Below are positions 33,342-46,091 of a stretch of 64,000 nucleotides of DNA, piece by piece; within the stretch, counting starts at the first letter, position 1; every line of letters begins with the position of its first letter. The stretch is taken from the NCBI RefSeq assembly GCF_002105155.1, contig NW_019029016.1, forward strand, positions 186,001-250,000. Direction: 5' to 3'. Origin of the DNA: Lobosporangium transversale (lineage: Eukaryota). The position numbers and the translations under genes were made by a program. Under the pieces are notes generated by a model, which was not told where the DNA came from, did not search any database, and saw nothing but the letters and a program-made list of their open reading frames with translations.

Positions 33342-34748
33342 ATGCCTAAGCAATCCCACGACGACGGCACTCCGTCAGAGTTAGAAAAATCATATCACTG
33401 TACAAATTGTCCGAAAAAGTTTAGTTCGGCCAAGTCTTTGGGAAACCACAGTAGAGACTATCATCCCTCCAAGGTCCGTGTGCGAGTGATTGCTGAAGAT
33501 GGAAGGATAAATCTACAGGATGTGAAATCCATCGATGGTATGCTTGTTTATCCCGTCTGTGGTTAATGAGGGATTGCTATCAGGACCGGCTTTGCATCAC
33601 ATGTTAGTCATCATCTTTCGACAGACGCTCAAACGAAGAAAGTAATTGACAATAATTGCCATATCTGCAACAATAATTTTGTCTCTGCTGAGAGCCTGGG
33701 GACTCACTACGACTAAATCCACCCTACTGCAAAGGAAGACATCGACGAGCATTCAGAGGAAGATATGAAGAGCGCAGAAATCCTTCACAGGGTGAGGGTG
33801 GAGTTGGACCAGAGTACTCTGAACCGTATCCTGACAAATTGTATGCTGGAGGCGCTTCCTTCATTCACCATCACTCACAAAAGTGGTGCCATGACCACAG
33901 CACTTCTGACGCATGCGGCTGCAAAACGGGCATCCACGGGTCCCATAATAAAACTGGAGAGAAACAAAAAACCAAAGGCGCAAGCTACCTCTAAGTTAGA
34001 AGATATTAACTCAAAATTAGAATCCAGCAGATACGGCAAACTTATTGATTGTAGCAGCTATCAGTTATTAGAACCATCATTTTTCGTGCAAAATTACAAA
34101 CAGGCAAAAGAGGACATTGCTCGAAACCTTGCTGGGGCCTTAGTGTATTCTGGATCCCAAATTATTCTTATTCTAAAAGTCGAGATTTATGGTCGTGATC
34201 CAGAGGAAGACCCACACTCGTTCAACTTTGTAAAGCCAACACTAGACGTGAAATCCGTAGCAACCATTGAACATGATAATTGTAAGAAGCTTGTGATAGG
34301 AACACTTTTCTGGAGCACATTGGTCACTTCTTCAATCGAAGTAATGACAGGAACTATCAATGTCGGAGCGCACAGCAAGTCTACGGAAACTGCCTTACGG
34401 TCAATCATTTTGGGCCACAAAGACTGGAAGCTGAATCCTTTAGCTGAAAGGCAGCTAAGGTCGAAATTCCACCGGAAAGAAACATTCCATTTCAGCGCAT
34501 CGACTTTCTTTCCATTTTCATATTGGGATTGCGTCCCAATAACAATATTCAATCTGAAACGCCATTTCAGCAGAAAATCCTCAATGACGGGAACAAAGGC
34601 GGCTGCTGCGTTGTTCAAAAAGATATTTGAATCGAAAAAGAAAATAATTAAGAAGAAGTGGTTGGAAGAGCTTCTCCATGATGACAAAATCAATGGTGCA
34701 GAAAAAATACAGGATATCATAGCTGCCATCGTGAGGCTGATTCCATGA
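33342..34748 (+). pseudogene. C2H2 zinc-finger protein with an uncharacterised C-terminal domain; in-frame stops
   Basis: YHCTNCPKKFSSAKSLGNHSRDYH and further degenerate fingers, in frame with 33765..34748; motif GALVY..VEIYGR..DPH shared with 45898..46090. Confidence 0.65.
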
Positions 34749-34965
34749 GAACAAAAAAAACTTAACCTGAGAGACAATGCCAAGGCTTCTAACCTACTAC
34801 GAAAATTAGCGGGCAGTTTATGTAATGCAATTACAGCAAAAAACACATCACACCCAACATACAAGCGACAGTAACTAGAATGCTGCAAGAAAAGATTATC
34901 CAAACTACAACAGATTAATTCTTTCAACAAAACAGGCGGTAGGCCATGAAGGTGTTATTCACATG

Positions 34966-37900
34966 AATGATCTGGAAGTGCTACAAAGGACGCACTATCC
35001 TCATTATCAGAGTAGCCATGGGACATATGTGTGACCTCTTTTTATTCCTTCTGACCGAGAAAAAACTAAAAATAAAATAAATAAAATCTAGCGTTCGCTC
35101 TGATCTACTCTCTATCTAGTAACGAGTGAAAAGAAAAGGGAGGTGTGGGAGGGACATATGTCCCATGGCTACTCTGATAATGAGGATAGTGCGTCCTTTG
35201 TAGCACTTCCAGATCATTATCCTCGTAGCCATGGTCCATATGTGACTTCAGAGCGAACCAAAAACAGACGTCGTCAAATTTGAATTGGTTTTGCGGGAAA
35301 CACGGTAGTGTTTGTTGAAAACCTTGTCAGACGACCAATTCCCTTGAACCATGATATCTTGGGTTGATACGCCAGCGATGGCTGCCAAGGTTGATCCTAT
35401 AGCGCGTGGCTTTGGAGGAGGTCGTTTCGACGGAAGATTTGGAATTCGACGTGTGATTTCATTCATAAAAGTGCCTATGGTACTGACCCTAAGGACTTTA
35501 GACTTGTCTTTCACAAAGCGCATAAGAGGATTGAATTTATAATCCTGATCTTTGTGGTGCTCGATTTCGAGAGGTGTGTCCGCTATCCGTCTGGTGTATT
35601 CTGTATAGGCCTCGACTGGGCAAATTTTCTTGTCGTTAGGGTGTCTACCTACGAAGATCGACTTTATGATGCGCTGCCCATCGCGTCGCTCCTTAGGGAA
35701 GACTATGGTAAGGAGAAGACCCTTTTCATTGGTCTCTGACTTTGACACATCGATGCAACCGATATCATCTGGCCGGAGAAACGCACAAACGCCTAAGAGC
35801 CAGCAGAGCTTGCGAGAGAGCTTAGGCATATCAAGATCCACATTGTCCTCCATGCGGAAGTATGAAAGGATGGGTGAAATGTCGAGTGCGGATACGTGCT
35901 CCATTTGAAATGCGCCAGTACTTTTCATTGCTGCCATGAACCGCTGAAAGTAGATGTTGCCTGTGATCACGGATGTGTCGTCGTAAAGCTTTAAGATGGC
36001 TGATTTTTTGTTAAGAGTGGTATTCCTACTCCAAGAATAGATAATCCGCGCATGGCATAAATAGTTAACTACAGCAATTGCATTTGGCGTACTAGGGTCG
36101 AAGCCTTCTTGTTGAGCCCATACTGCGAAAGCCTCTTGAGTTGGCAGATATTGTCGACGTGTTTTGCTGTTGGCACCTGCTGAATCTAGTAGAGTGATAG
36201 CGGATGGTGAGAGTCCTGCATCTAGATCTTTACGTCGCCTCTTATTCTCCATGCTGTCAATGACCAGAGTGGATTCTTGCTGAGGAGATCGCTTGCGCTT
36301 CCGACGGCTGGTAGGACTGCTTCCCGAGGGATCGGGATTGGTGGTGCTACTGCCATCTCCTTGATGGTTGGGAACCATATTGCACTCGGCCACCATGGGG
36401 TTATTACTGTTGCTGTCAGTTTCTGGGTCTGTATCCTCTCCAAGATGATTGATAGAAGATTCCATGGGGGGCAAATGTAAAGGTTGCCCATCTCTGTCCA
36501 GTTGTGTTGAAGGGCGTCTATCTTCAGAGCATCTGGATGGAATTTCCATGAGACAAATGTCGGTAGCTGTTTGTTCTGTGCCGACGCAAATAGGTCCACC
36601 TGATGTGGCCCCCATTGGTGTTCCAGTTGTTGAAAGAATGGGCGACTGATCCTCCATTCCAATTGCGATATCATTCGCCGTGACGGTGCATCCGCTGGGT
36701 TGAATGCAGATGGGATGTATGTCGTCCGAAGTCGAGTCCCCGTTGCTAGGCAGTGACGCCATAACGTGTCCGCTAGTCTCATTAGTTCCGGAGACCTCGT
36801 CCCTCCGAACCTGTTGATGTGTGCAATCGTCGTCGTGTTGTCGCATATGATGTTGATCATTTTGCCCTGTGTTATTGGTAGTTGAACAGCTCGAAGAACT
36901 GTCTGTAGTTCCTTCCAGTTGATGTGGTGGTCTTTCTCTTGTGGAGTCCATTTGCCACTCCATGTTTGATTGTTGATCACGATCCCCCATCCGGTGTCCG
37001 ATGCATCCGTGTATATGTCCATTTGTGTCTGTTGTTGAATCCATGACAGACCATTCCATGACGTCAGTTGCTCCTTCCACCATTGAAGGTTCTCCTTGGC
37101 TGGTTCCGTGAGGGTGACCGTGTCCGACCAAGAAGCTCCCTTGGCTTTTAGTGCTGTGTTCTTGAGGTGAAGCAGATTCCGTGTCATGAATCGCGCTGGG
37201 AACACTGCCATAGATGTTGCCATTGCTTTCCCGACGAACGAAGAAAGTTCCCTTAAAGAAGTGGCGCCTTTTCGTAGTAGCTTTCCTGCCTCGCGCCGTA
37301 TGTCCCTGACTTTGGATTTCGGAACTGTGACAGTCATATCCCGGGAGTTGATGGTGAAGCCTAAATGGTCTATTTTCTGTGACGGGATCAACGTAGACTT
37401 GGCTTCCTTGATGAGGAATCCTAGCGCTGCCAACTTGTCTTGCACTAGTTGAGTGAACTGGATTGATTGTTCTTTGTTCTTGGCTAGGATTATCAAATCG
37501 TCTAGGTACGCTGATATGCGAATTCCTCGTCGTCGTGCCCATTTGAGGAAAGGCTTGAGAACTTTGGTGAACACTAGCGGAGAGAGTGAGAGCCCGAAGG
37601 GAAGTGTACGGAATTGAAATTTCCGGTTCTTCCATTGGAACTGTAGATAATGACGATAATCTGGATGGATTAGTACGTGAAGAAATGCGTCTGATAGGTC
37701 GATGCTTGTCATAAAGTCGTTCTTCTGTAACATTGCGCATACTGTCGTCATCGTCTCCATTTTGAAGTGCCGCTCTGAGACGTAGGCATTCAACGGTCTT
37801 AGATTTAAGACTGGACGAATGTCCCCGGTTTTCTTGGGGATAGTGAATATTCGGCTCTTGAAACCAGGGCCCGAAGCGACCTCTATTGCTCTTTTGGCTA

Positions 37901-39170
37901 AGAGTGCGATTACCTCTTGATCGATCGCCTTCTCTTCCTCCGCTGCTACTCGAGCTTGGTACGCTGTTGAACTGGATATCGGTGGCCGTTTGTGGAAAGG
38001 GATTTTGAATCCCTCGGAGACGACCGACTTGACCCATTCGCTGTCGGTTATGAGAGCCCATGCTTCTCTGTAAATCTGTAAACGGCCACCTACTGCTGGC
38101 CTGCAGTCTGTGCCTGACTTGTCTGGTTGGATTGAGGGGTTTGGTAGCCTCGGCCTCGGCCTCGTCCCCTCTCCTTGGATTTTGGCCTCGCCCAAAAAAA
38201 GAACCATTGTCATTTTGATAGTGGGCGGTCTGAGTTTGACCCGATGGATGAGATTGGCTAGAATTAGAAGTGGGTCTGTAAGTATTTGCGCTAAAGAAAC
38301 TCCGGTTTTGAGTCCTCCTGTTGTACGCCCGTTGTCTTGTCGGGTTAGTAGCCTGACGAACACTCTTTGCCAATTTGCTGGCTTCAATGAAGTCTGAAGT
38401 AGAGACAATTGGTGGATCAACTGTGTCCTTGGTGACTGAAATTTTGTGCGCTTGGTAAACAAGGTCCTCCCTGTCGCTTGACATTTGCTGTGCAAGGTGT
38501 GCAATATGTTCACGCATTGTCTGTGCGAGCTGTAAGCACGCTTGTGCGACCGCAGGGTCAACTTCGTAGGAAAACATTTCCGTGGCAAATTGATCAAGTG
38601 GTCTTGTAAGGTTTGCCAATCGTGATTGATAGCGTGAGATTGTTTTGTCCATGGAACTGTGGTGAGAGGAAGAGTCGGGCCAGTCAATGAGTGCCGATTT
38701 GGGTGCAGAATAGGTTTGGGTTGTGTTTTTGGCAAAAGACTGCATCTCTTTAGCCATTTCTGTTGCATATGCAAGATCGTCTGCACGGTTTCCAGATTTA
38801 TGTTTGAAAAAATCTTTCCCGTCCATTGCTGGGTAGTGGACGAGAATGGAGTCGTCAGGTGTAATTTCGTAAGCTGGTTCTTTTGGAACCAAGTAGGGGT
38901 TCGATCGACTGGATTCAGAGCTAGTCGAGAGAGCTTCAAGCCGGCTGGTGAGTGTAGCCAGCTGGCTCTGGAGAGAGTGTATAATTGGATCAGAAGTGTC
39001 ATACTCGCTCATTTGGAACTTCAATACGCTGGATGTGTTCCTGAGCGAGAAAAAAGAAGATAGAGAGTAGATCAGAGCGAACGCTAGATTTTATTTATTT
39101 TATTTTTAGTTTTCTCGGTCAGAAGGAATAAAAAGAGGTCACACACATGGACCATGGCTACGAGGATAAT
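34966..39170 (-). mobile_element. DIRS1-like retrotransposon, family A copy 2 (full length; 1-bp loss in a C-run near 38168)
   Basis: Near-identical to A1 without the solo LTR; AAT at both junctions. YR ends 35248, RT-RH-MT ends 36222, gag ATG 39012. Confidence 0.95.
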
Positions 39171-39227
39171 GCAAATTATTGTATCAGTTTTGGCACGCAC
39201 CATAGCAGTAGTTCAGATAGAAAAATA

Positions 39228-42200
39228 AGACAAACTCTAATTCGTCTTACAACTACAAATTTGGCAACAAAAGCAACGAAGGCCGTTATTTTTACGGGGA
39301 GAACAATTACAGACAGGGGGACAACAACTACAGGCGAGGAGAGAGCAACAGCCGAAGAAAGGACAGCAGCTACCGGAGATCAGACAGCCGCCGGAGAGAC
39401 CGAAGCAGCAGCCGCCGACGACAAGAGAGAAAGTCGGGGGAAGAATCACACTCTTCTTAAACGCATGGCGGAATGTTACAAAAGATCAAACACTCCTAGA
39501 GATAGTCAAGGAAGGTTACTCTATCCCGCTCTTGAACGCACCCCCAATTTCAACATCCCATCCTCCACCTTACCCGCTATCGGAGAAGGCGACAAAGAGT
39601 GTGGACAACGAAGTGCCCGCTTTGCTAACGAAGGGTGCAATAGAATTCGCGAGTGGACCCGGATTTACAAGTCCGCTCTTCACAATCCCCAAAAAGACTG
39701 GAGACGAAAGACCTGTCCTAAACCTGAAAGCATTAAATCAGTACTTACCTACACAACACTTCAAGATGGAGACAATCCATCAAGTATGCAATCTAATAAA
39801 GAAAAACGATTATCTTACCAGTATAGATCTGAGCGATGCATTTCTTCATGTGCCGATACACCCAGCATCACGAAAATATCTTCAATTCCAATGGAGGGAA
39901 CAACTGTACCAATTCAAGGTCCTACCATTCGGACTCTCCCTAGCACCATTGATTTTCACCAAGATACTGAAGCCTCTACTTCAATGGGCACGAACAAAAG
40001 GAATAAGAATATCAGCTTACCTCGACGACCTGATAATCGCAGCACCGAGCAAGGAATCATCCCAACGTGCAACAGCACTAGTCTTGACAAAACTGAAAAG
40101 CCTAGGTTTCTTGACAAAGGAATCCAAGTCGAGTCTTCAACCGAAACAGATACTGGAACATCTGGGATTCGAGATAGATACAACGACGATGACCCTGAGT
40201 GTACCGGGCAAGAAAATCCGGGACATTCGTCGAGAAGCGTCCAAACTGGCCAACAAAGGGATCTGCACAGTCCGTCAGCTATCATCCTTCATAGGCAAAG
40301 CGAGCGCAATGACAGCCGCAGTCTTTCCAGCTCGCCTCAAGGTTCAGCACTTCATGGCAGACAAGATTCATGCATTGAAAAATTGGATCCCTCATGGGAA
40401 CGCTCAATATCTCTGTCAACCAAAGCAACGGAGGAACTCCTTTGGTGGAGAACACATCTCAAATCATGGAATGGGAAGACATGGATCGCAACCAACCCAG
40501 AAGTCGACATTTACACCGACGCATCGGATTCAGGATGGGGCGTAGTCATCAACAACCAGACAATCAAGGGATCTTGGTCAGACAGTCTTCGAGAACGACA
40601 CATCAATTACAAGGAAATGCAGGCCATTTTCTACGCCCTGAAACAACCAGAAGTGAGGGGACGCACAGTGAACGTGATAACGGACAACATCACGACAATG
40701 GCTTACATCAACCACTTCGGCGGGACACGATCTCCAGCACTGATGACGCTAGCGACATCGATATGGGAATGGTGCCTGAAGACAGAGACAAGGATCAAGA
40801 CAACCTACGTGCCCTCAGCATTCAACCCCGCAGACGCCCCATCCCGGCGCCTGACAGGACAACTAGAATGGAGCATCGACAAAGAATTCTTCAAAAAGCT
40901 CCAAAGACGATGGGGCCCTCACCACGTCGATCTATTCGCCTCGCCAATAAACAACAAAGTGACGAAGTTCATGAGCTGGGAACCAACTGCAGGAGCAATA
41001 GGGCACAACACCCTTCAACATCATTGGCGCCAATTCGGCAACGTTTACTTATGCCCGCCGTGGAAGCTCATCCCCCTAGTATTGGAGAAAATCCGAGAGG
41101 AGAAGATAGAAGCAACCTTAGTGACACCTTATTGGCCTTCGGCGATGTGGTATCCAACAATCAAGATGATGGCAGTGGACCATCCAATACCAATACCTCG
41201 CCATCAAGTTCTCCCAGCGCCGGGAAACGCACCAGACATTCTGGCCAAAAATCCCCATTGGTCATTATGCGCTTGGAGGGTAAGAGGCGACGACTCGAAG
41301 CGAAAGGCTTCGACCCAGCCGCGGCATCGATAGTTGTGGACAGTCCTGAGTTACAACGCAAGCAACGCGCATACGCCAAGATACAAGACAGGTATATCCA
41401 GTGGGCCACAGCACGCAATGTAGTCGCCATGGTACCACAGCCACCTCAACTATGTAACTGGCTTGCCTCCGGAGTCGCAATCCACGGATGGTCAGCTTCA
41501 ACAGTGGACGCATATAAAGCCGCAGTCATTCATATGTATGACGACAAGAGCACATTCAACGATCCGGACTTTCTGTTATTTTTCCAAACTCTACGTCGTC
41601 GTGAGATCAAGCATACAAAGGAACTCAATATAGACATCAAACCCGCTGTCGAATATTTACAACAACTAGGGCCTAACAGTTCTCTCACTCTCCTTATTCT
41701 CACACAAAAACTGTGTTGGCTACTCGGTACATGTGGGTTTCTCCGACCAAACGATATCATGTGTATCGATCTATCAAATGACAAATTCCATATCGATGGC
41801 ATCGTTGTAGTCCTTCCAATTTTGATTCCCAAGGAAACACGTGGTGGCAGCAGGATATGCAAATACACCACAGTTAAGAATCACACCGACAGTTCCCTTT
41901 GCCCGGTGATGACCTTCACCGAACATCTCAAAAGGATTGAGACTCACGCTATCAGCGTACCGCACCCTAAGGACCAAAGCATTCGATATCGTCCTTTAAT
42001 ACGAGATATCAGAGACCTCAAAAAACCCGTGGGAGCTGATCGAATAAGCAATCATATCTCAGCCATCAGCAGCAAGCTCATTCTTCCAAATGGCTCCAAG
42101 TTACCCAAAGCCAGGGCTATTGGTTCCACCCAAGCCATTAAACAAGGCGCCAGTGTCGACGATGTAGTGGTACAAGGCAATTGGTCTTCATCAATTCTGT

Positions 42201-42349
42201 TCGACAAGTTCTATCGACTGAACGCAGCAACAGCCACTAATTTCACCTCGATGATACTATCTTAAGGAATCTGCTCTGGATCCACATATATGGTCCTGGC
42301 TCTCGGATAATAAGCTTAAGTCGTCATGTTATTCGACTTGGCCAGCTAA
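39228..42349 (+). mobile_element. DIRS1-like retrotransposon, family C (5'-truncated; frameshift near 40385; ICR region missing)
   Basis: gag tail, RT YLDD, TDASD, VDLFAS/CPPW, YR ending 42265 (FLRPNDI, PKARAIGST, FDKFYR), terminal sequence 42281..42349. Confidence 0.9.
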
Positions 42350-42738
42350 AGTTATAAGTAAAAGAAATTAGATGAAAAAAGAGATGTAGATGTAAAACGA
42401 GTTGAAGATGATGTAAGAGAATTAGATGTAAAAGATTCAGATGAAAGAGATTTAGATGAAAGTAAAGATGTGGATTTAAAAAAGTGATGATGTAAAAGAC
42501 ATGATGTAAAAGGAGATGAAGATGTAAAAGAGTGAATAATGAAGGTGCAGATGTAAAAAGATGTGTAGGCGTAAAAAAGAGGTGTAGGCGTAAAATGAGG
42601 TGTAGGCGTAAAATGAGGTGTAGGTGGACATTTTATTAGAAAATGAAGTAACTTACTGAGTAATTCCACAATGAAGCAATGGTCCCGCCCTTGCCCGTAA
42701 GAAACTCACTCCATGACATGTCACAATGAGGCAACATT

Positions 42739-43090
42739 ATGGCATGGTCTGTCACCAAATCACAGATAAAAACATCTTCCATGCGCTTCAAACAAAACAC
42801 GGAGCTCATTAGCAAGGCATCAAAATATCAAAATGAAATTCTTGGAGGAGAACTGAGCTTGGATGCCTCTACATCAGTTTATGGAAGGAAAGTTGATCTT
42901 CAATTGCGAATAACAGATGATATTGAATTGAATAACAGTGAGTTTAAGAGGTGTAACACTTCTAAACAGTAACTCGATCTTCAATTCAGAAAAAATCTAT
43001 TGATTAACCACTCCATGATGCTGAATTTGGAGGAGAAGGTCGGATGGTCTTGGGAGGATAACCGTTTGTTGGCTATGGATGTTAATGGTA
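42739..43090 (+). pseudogene. Fragment resembling a PD-(D/E)xK nuclease-like gene
   Basis: GRKVDL...IELNNSEFK motif with an internal stop at 42970. Confidence 0.4.
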
Positions 43091-43364
43091 CGTTCAGTGG
43101 TTCTCAAACTTGCTTTTATGTCATGTCCATCACCCACCATCTAATCATTCAATTTGAGATAGGATGGACAGCCACCCCACTAGAAAATTATTTTGAGTGA
43201 ATGTGAGTTACTCTTCCTTCACAATTTTAATCTATCATGTTAGTTCTCACCTTTCGAACGTCAATTTATGGCCAGTAAAAGAACTTAAAACAAACTCCCA
43301 TATGGAGACAATCTTGGATTCTGACATCCTCAAGTCCGGTTTCCTCAAGGCACTACAAGTATAT

Positions 43365-44708
43365 GATCGTATTGATTTTAATATCAGGTGTCTAGTATGA
43401 CATACTAGTACTGCGTACCAAAATAACAAAAACAATCCCGCTTCCACAGCTGCAAAGTATCCAAACTCACCATCCCTCTTCACAAAACCTGTCGTATAGA
43501 CCATCTGGTCTCTATGGTTCCTGAGAACGCGGATGTACGTATATGCAGTACTCAGGCACTCTGAGAGCATTGCAGGGATGGATCCCATGAATTCATATTA
43601 ATATCAAATCCACCCTCGTCCCGAGCGCTCTTTTTTCTGATGAAGTGATACTAGACGCAGTATGAGTATGTTATACTAAACTTTCGTTAATTTGGTACGC
43701 AGTACGAGTATGCCATACTGGACACTTGATACTAAAGTCAATACGACCTTTTTATATCTGTATGGATTCGATAACATACCTCTAGCAAAAAAGGGGCCGG
43801 AAAGGTGTTTTGTTTTTCTTTAGGCAGAAAATAAAAATGAAAATGGTAAACGGGGCTAGATGCGCTAAAAGAGTGGAGGCAAGTAAACGGTGAACATAGT
43901 GCATCGTGATGGTATAGTTTGATATATGGTCTCTGCTGATTTTTTTCTACAGATTTTTTCCTTCCTTTGTATGTAATAGGCGGCTGATTTCTGCTAGTAT
44001 GGAGCGCAGAAAACTGGATCTGATCCGCCTATGAGTTTGTGGGAAAAAATCAGTAAAAATTAATTAGTAAAAAATCAATCACCAAAAAAATATCAGCAAA
44101 CACCATATCAAGCTATATCATCACGATGCACCATGTCCACCATTTACTTGCCTCCACTCTTTTAGCGCATCTAGCCCCATTCACCATTTTCATTTTTTAT
44201 TCCCTGCCTACAAAAATGCAAAACACCTCTCCGCCCCCTTTTTTGCTAGAGGTATGTTATCGAATCCATACAGATATAAAAAGGTCGTATTGACTTTAGT
44301 ATCAAGTGTCCAGTATGGCATACTCGTACTGCGTACCAAATTAACGAAAGTTTAGTATAACATACTCATACTGCGTCTAGTATCACTTCATCAGAAAAAA
44401 GAGCGCTCGGGACGAGGGTGGATTTGATATTAATATGAATTCATGGGATCCATCCCTGCAATGCTCTCAGAGTGCCTGAGTACTGCATATACGTACATCC
44501 GCGTTCTCAGGAACCATAGAGACCAGATGGTCTATACGACAGGTTTTGTGAAGAGGGATGGTGAGTTTGGATACTTTGCAGCTGTGGAGGCGGGATTGTT
44601 TTTGTTATTTTGGTACGCAGTACGAGTATGTCATACTAAATTTCCGTTATTTTGGTACGCAGTACTAGTATGCCATACTAGACACCTGATACTAAAATCA
44701 ATACGATC
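43365..44708. repeat. Composite palindrome / foldback element, copy 2 (Y core 43775..44256)
   Basis: Termini GATCGTATTGATTTTA...TAAAATCAATACGATC; ~570 bp near-perfect arms; homologous to 31606..32924. Confidence 0.92.
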
Positions 44709-45139
44709 GTTTTTTACTCTCAACTACACGCTTCTTTTTTTTTTTTTTTATTTTTTGCATGTGATTCCCAAGTTGCAAAGCTTCTCGTCACATCCTCTTG
44801 TCTTGTCACGCCCTCTTCGTATTTTTTTCCCCTGTCCGTTGCTGTCTTTTTTGCCCTGTCCTTTGTTGCAATTTCTGTTTTTTTTTTTTTTCTTGAACCC
44901 GCTCTTTTCTGTTTTTATTTTGATCCAGAGCCCGCTCCCTCGTTTTTTATTTTGGATCCTCTTTTTTTTTTTTTTTTTTTTTTATTTTGGATCCGCCCTC
45001 TCTCTTTTTTTTTTTATTTGGATCCGCCTGCTCTTTTTTTCTCTCTTTTTTTTTTGGAACCTGCTTTCTGTTCTTTCTTTGGAATCTTGTTGACAAATCT
45101 ATTTTTTTAAAATTGACTTCTTGATAGCCCTCACAAATC

Positions 45140-46091
45140 ATGGCCATGATTAATCACCCTCTTGGCATCAATGCAAAGAATGCGAAGGAATCAAAACCTT
45201 CAAAACGAAAAAGGATTTGTGCGATCACAAGAATGATTGTCATTCTGAGACTTGTGAAATTCCAAATTTTCACCAACTGCTTGTCGGTACTGGTGGCCGG
45301 TTCTCTTGCCCGTTCTGCAAGCTTGAATTTAAAACAGCACGCACCATCAAAAAGCATTTGAATCAGAAGAGGTGCAAAAAAATGAATGACGGAATTTCAA
45401 GCTCAACAGCCTCTTCGATTGACGAAAAAACAAACTCATCGGATTCGGCAGCCTCTACCAGTGCACTGGCCTCTTCAATTGACGAAAAAACAACCTCATC
45501 AGAATCAGCAGTCCATTCCAAAAGAAAAAGATCAGAGGAATTAGTTCTTGGAGCCTGTTCAGATCGGTTTTACTTTTCATAGAAGGTCTTGAGCTTTCAC
45601 CAGTCACCCTTAAGCAGGAATCAGGAGTTCGACAAATCCTTCTTGCACACAACTCCATTCTTGATGCACTGTCGAATGGAAACCCTGTTTTTATTAATGT
45701 CGATCCAACCCTCCTTTTCAAGAATATTGAAAAGAACCTGTGTCACAACTGCTTGACTTTCCCATCACCTGGACTAGAGAGTCTCTTTTCAAAATCACCA
45801 TATGCACTACTACTGCTTCAAATGAAATTTGTCGAATTGACCAAAGAGATTGGAGAGATTCTCAACGAAGATTGGATCACCTAGCCCAGACTAAAGTATG
45901 TTTGCTCAAGGATCTATTCTGTATAACGGGTCTAATGGTCAGGCAGTCATGATCAATTGTATTGAGATTTACGGAAGAAAGAAGCATATTGATACCCACA
46001 GAGAGCCATTCAAACTTCTAAAGAACCAAGTCCCACAAACCTCAATTCCCCCATTTGGCAAGACAAAATACGACGATATTTGGCCCTTGAC
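45140..46091 (+). pseudogene. C2H2 zinc-finger pseudogene related to 33342..34748, cut by DIRS D1
   Basis: CKEC..DHKNDCH, FSCPFCKLEF..KHL, GSILY..IEIYGR..DTH; frameshifts present. Confidence 0.6.

Noticed and set aside
35248..39024. Apparent 1258-aa Gag-YR fusion protein (and 926-aa partner ORF)
   Set aside because: Caused by a 1-bp loss in a C-run relative to copy A1; may be a sequencing error. The same applies to the 922-aa ORF in D1 and the 951-aa ORF in B.
42352..42630. GATGTAAAA-rich and 18-bp tandem repeats as a coding or structural element
   Set aside because: Low-complexity sequence with no supported ORF or second copy.
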